Of a DNA stretch of 5,221 nt, positions 4,347-5,221 are shown one piece after another (position 1 is the first letter of the stretch; every line of letters starts with the position of its first letter). Below the pieces are notes generated by a model that worked only from the letters and a program-made list of their open reading frames with translations, was not told the DNA's origin and did no database searches. This DNA comes from Candidatus Nanopusillus sp. (lineage in GTDB: Archaea > Nanobdellota > Nanobdellia > Nanobdellales > Nanobdellaceae), in assembly GCA_028275775.1 (NCBI GenBank), contig JAPWTZ010000023.1:1-5221 (forward strand), read 5' to 3'. Position numbers and translations under genes: made by a program.

Positions 4347-5221
4347 CTATTTATAAACTGGACAGAGTAAATTAGATGTTTGAATTTTACCAGATAAAAT
4401 AATATTACCAAAAATTATGATAGATAATATTAAACTAATAACTATGATAATCAATAAGGATATTAAAAATGAGGAGATCAATTTCTTTGCTTTTATATCT
4501 TTTATTTTTCTTATATTAGTTGATAAACCAATGGAAAAGAATGTTAATAAAAAGAAAAATTGCTTAAAAATTTCTACTTGCAAATAGGTATTTGATAAAT
4601 CTAAATTGAAGATTTTTTGTAAAATTACTGTTAATAAAAATATTAAGAAAAATCCAAAAATAAATTTTGGCACTTTATACCATAAATCAATTGTTGAGAC
4701 TTTATTTTTGTTCCTTGTACTCCAAATTACTGATAAAATAAATATCCATAAAATAAGTAAAAAGTCAATAAATATTTTTGAAAGAGTGGAAGTATATAAT
4801 ATCCATCCATTTGATGAGAAAAGATTTGATTCCAAAACTCCAGCTGTAAGTGATGTACAATCTGTCTTTATGGAAGAAGTTACCCAAGAGCCAGCAGCTA
4901 TTGGATATCCTTTTAATAAATAATATCCAATGAAAGGTAATATTAAAAGTTCAATAGAAGATATTATTAAAATTATAGAATATAAAATACCAATTATTAT
5001 TGGACTTGTTCCAAACAATTCTGATGATACAATAACCGAAGATAAAGATGTTCCAGTAGAACCTGATGCAATAACAGCAGCTTCTTCTTTACTCAATTTT
5101 AATTTTTTTGATATAAAGTATGAAATTGCCCATGCAGAAAATATATATATTAATGAAAATAAAAATATTTTATCTATTAAATTTAAAGCAAAACTAAAAT
5201 TTTTTACAATATCTATTCCTA
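4347..5221 (-). CDS. Integral membrane protein, UPF0324/YeiH-like putative transporter; 5'-partial, continues beyond the right edge of the window
   Basis: TAG stop at 4349-4347. The ORF-track start at 5096 is a TTG (caa at 5094-5096). The same frame stays open to position 5221 and reads ...GIDIVKNFSFALNLIDKIFLFSLIYIFSAWAISYFISKKLKL-SKEEAAV..., so the true start lies outside the window. Colinear with E. coli YeiH as I recall it: KKLKLSKEEAAVIASGSTGTSLSSV vs FGLDKHTSWLIGAGSSICGAAAV; VPKFIFGFFLIFLL vs IPWFAILFIVVAIF; FFSIGLSTNIRKIKDIKAKKLISSFL vs MAALGLTTHVSALKKAGAKPLLMALV. CDS call about 0.85; family assignment about 0.55. Confidence 0.85.
   Translation of the reverse strand, partial: GIDIVKNFSFALNLIDKIFLFSLIYIFSAWAISYFISKKLKLSKEEAAVIASGSTGTSLSSVIVSSELFGTSPIIIGILYSIILIISSIELLILPFIGYYLLKGYPIAAGSWVTSSIKTDCTSLTAGVLESNLFSSNGWILYTSTLSKIFIDFLLILWIFILSVIWSTRNKNKVSTIDLWYKVPKFIFGFFLIFLLTVILQKIFNLDLSNTYLQVEIFKQFFFLLTFFSIGLSTNIRKIKDIKAKKLISSFLISLLIIIVISLILSIIIFGNIILSGKIQTSNLLCPVYK

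Noticed and set aside
4299-4349. The 4347-5221 and 3435-4298 ORFs are in the same reading frame, separated by a single TAG (4349-4347) and 12 sense codons. I considered stop-codon readthrough or pyrrolysine, or a split fusion gene.
   Set aside because: Sharing a frame has a 1 in 3 chance. The linking peptide (TLLLNNKNKNFCLDKF) is junk-like, and TAG is also the stop of the 3435-4298 gene. Nothing else suggests TAG recoding. It could be revisited only if the source genome carries pyl genes.
4606-4923. 105-aa plus-strand ORF from the six-frame track
   Set aside because: It is fully nested antisense in the YeiH-like membrane gene, whose hydrophobic periodicity and family motifs strongly support the minus-strand frame.

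Overview
Very A+T-rich prokaryotic window (about three-quarters A+T by eye, not counted) with five convincing protein-coding genes and two unusually long ORF-poor spacers (948-1344 and 2167-2818). Minus strand: a 294-aa polytopic membrane protein that is an internal tandem duplication (63-947). A soluble 273-aa HExxH...E zinc-metallopeptidase-like protein (1345-2166). A roughly 287-aa soluble protein of unrecognised family (3435-4298) that looks like a His-less relative of that peptidase. A 5'-truncated UPF0324/YeiH-like membrane protein that runs off the right edge (4347-5221). Plus strand: a short 210-aa MscS-family mechanosensitive channel (2819-3451) whose 3' end overlaps the convergent gene by 17 bp. 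I see no rRNA, tRNA, CRISPR array, transposase or integrase, and no G+C-rich island of the kind structured RNAs form in A+T-rich genomes. No gene has a Shine-Dalgarno-like motif. Three genes have a TATA-like octamer about 20-30 nt upstream of the ATG, which fits archaeal leaderless transcription; this is tentative because TATA-like words are common in such DNA. No recognisable multi-gene system (defence, mobile element, biosynthetic) is evident. The points most worth a second look are: (1) two 21-bp palindromic repeats in tandem in the middle of the 652-bp ORF-free divergent spacer; (2) an intact and an apparently degenerate metallopeptidase-like paralogue flanking a minimal MscS that lacks the C-terminal vestibule domain; (3) the duplicated membrane protein with a fourfold K-x3-N-x(0-2)-[IV]-S motif. 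All functional calls come from motif reading without database searches.
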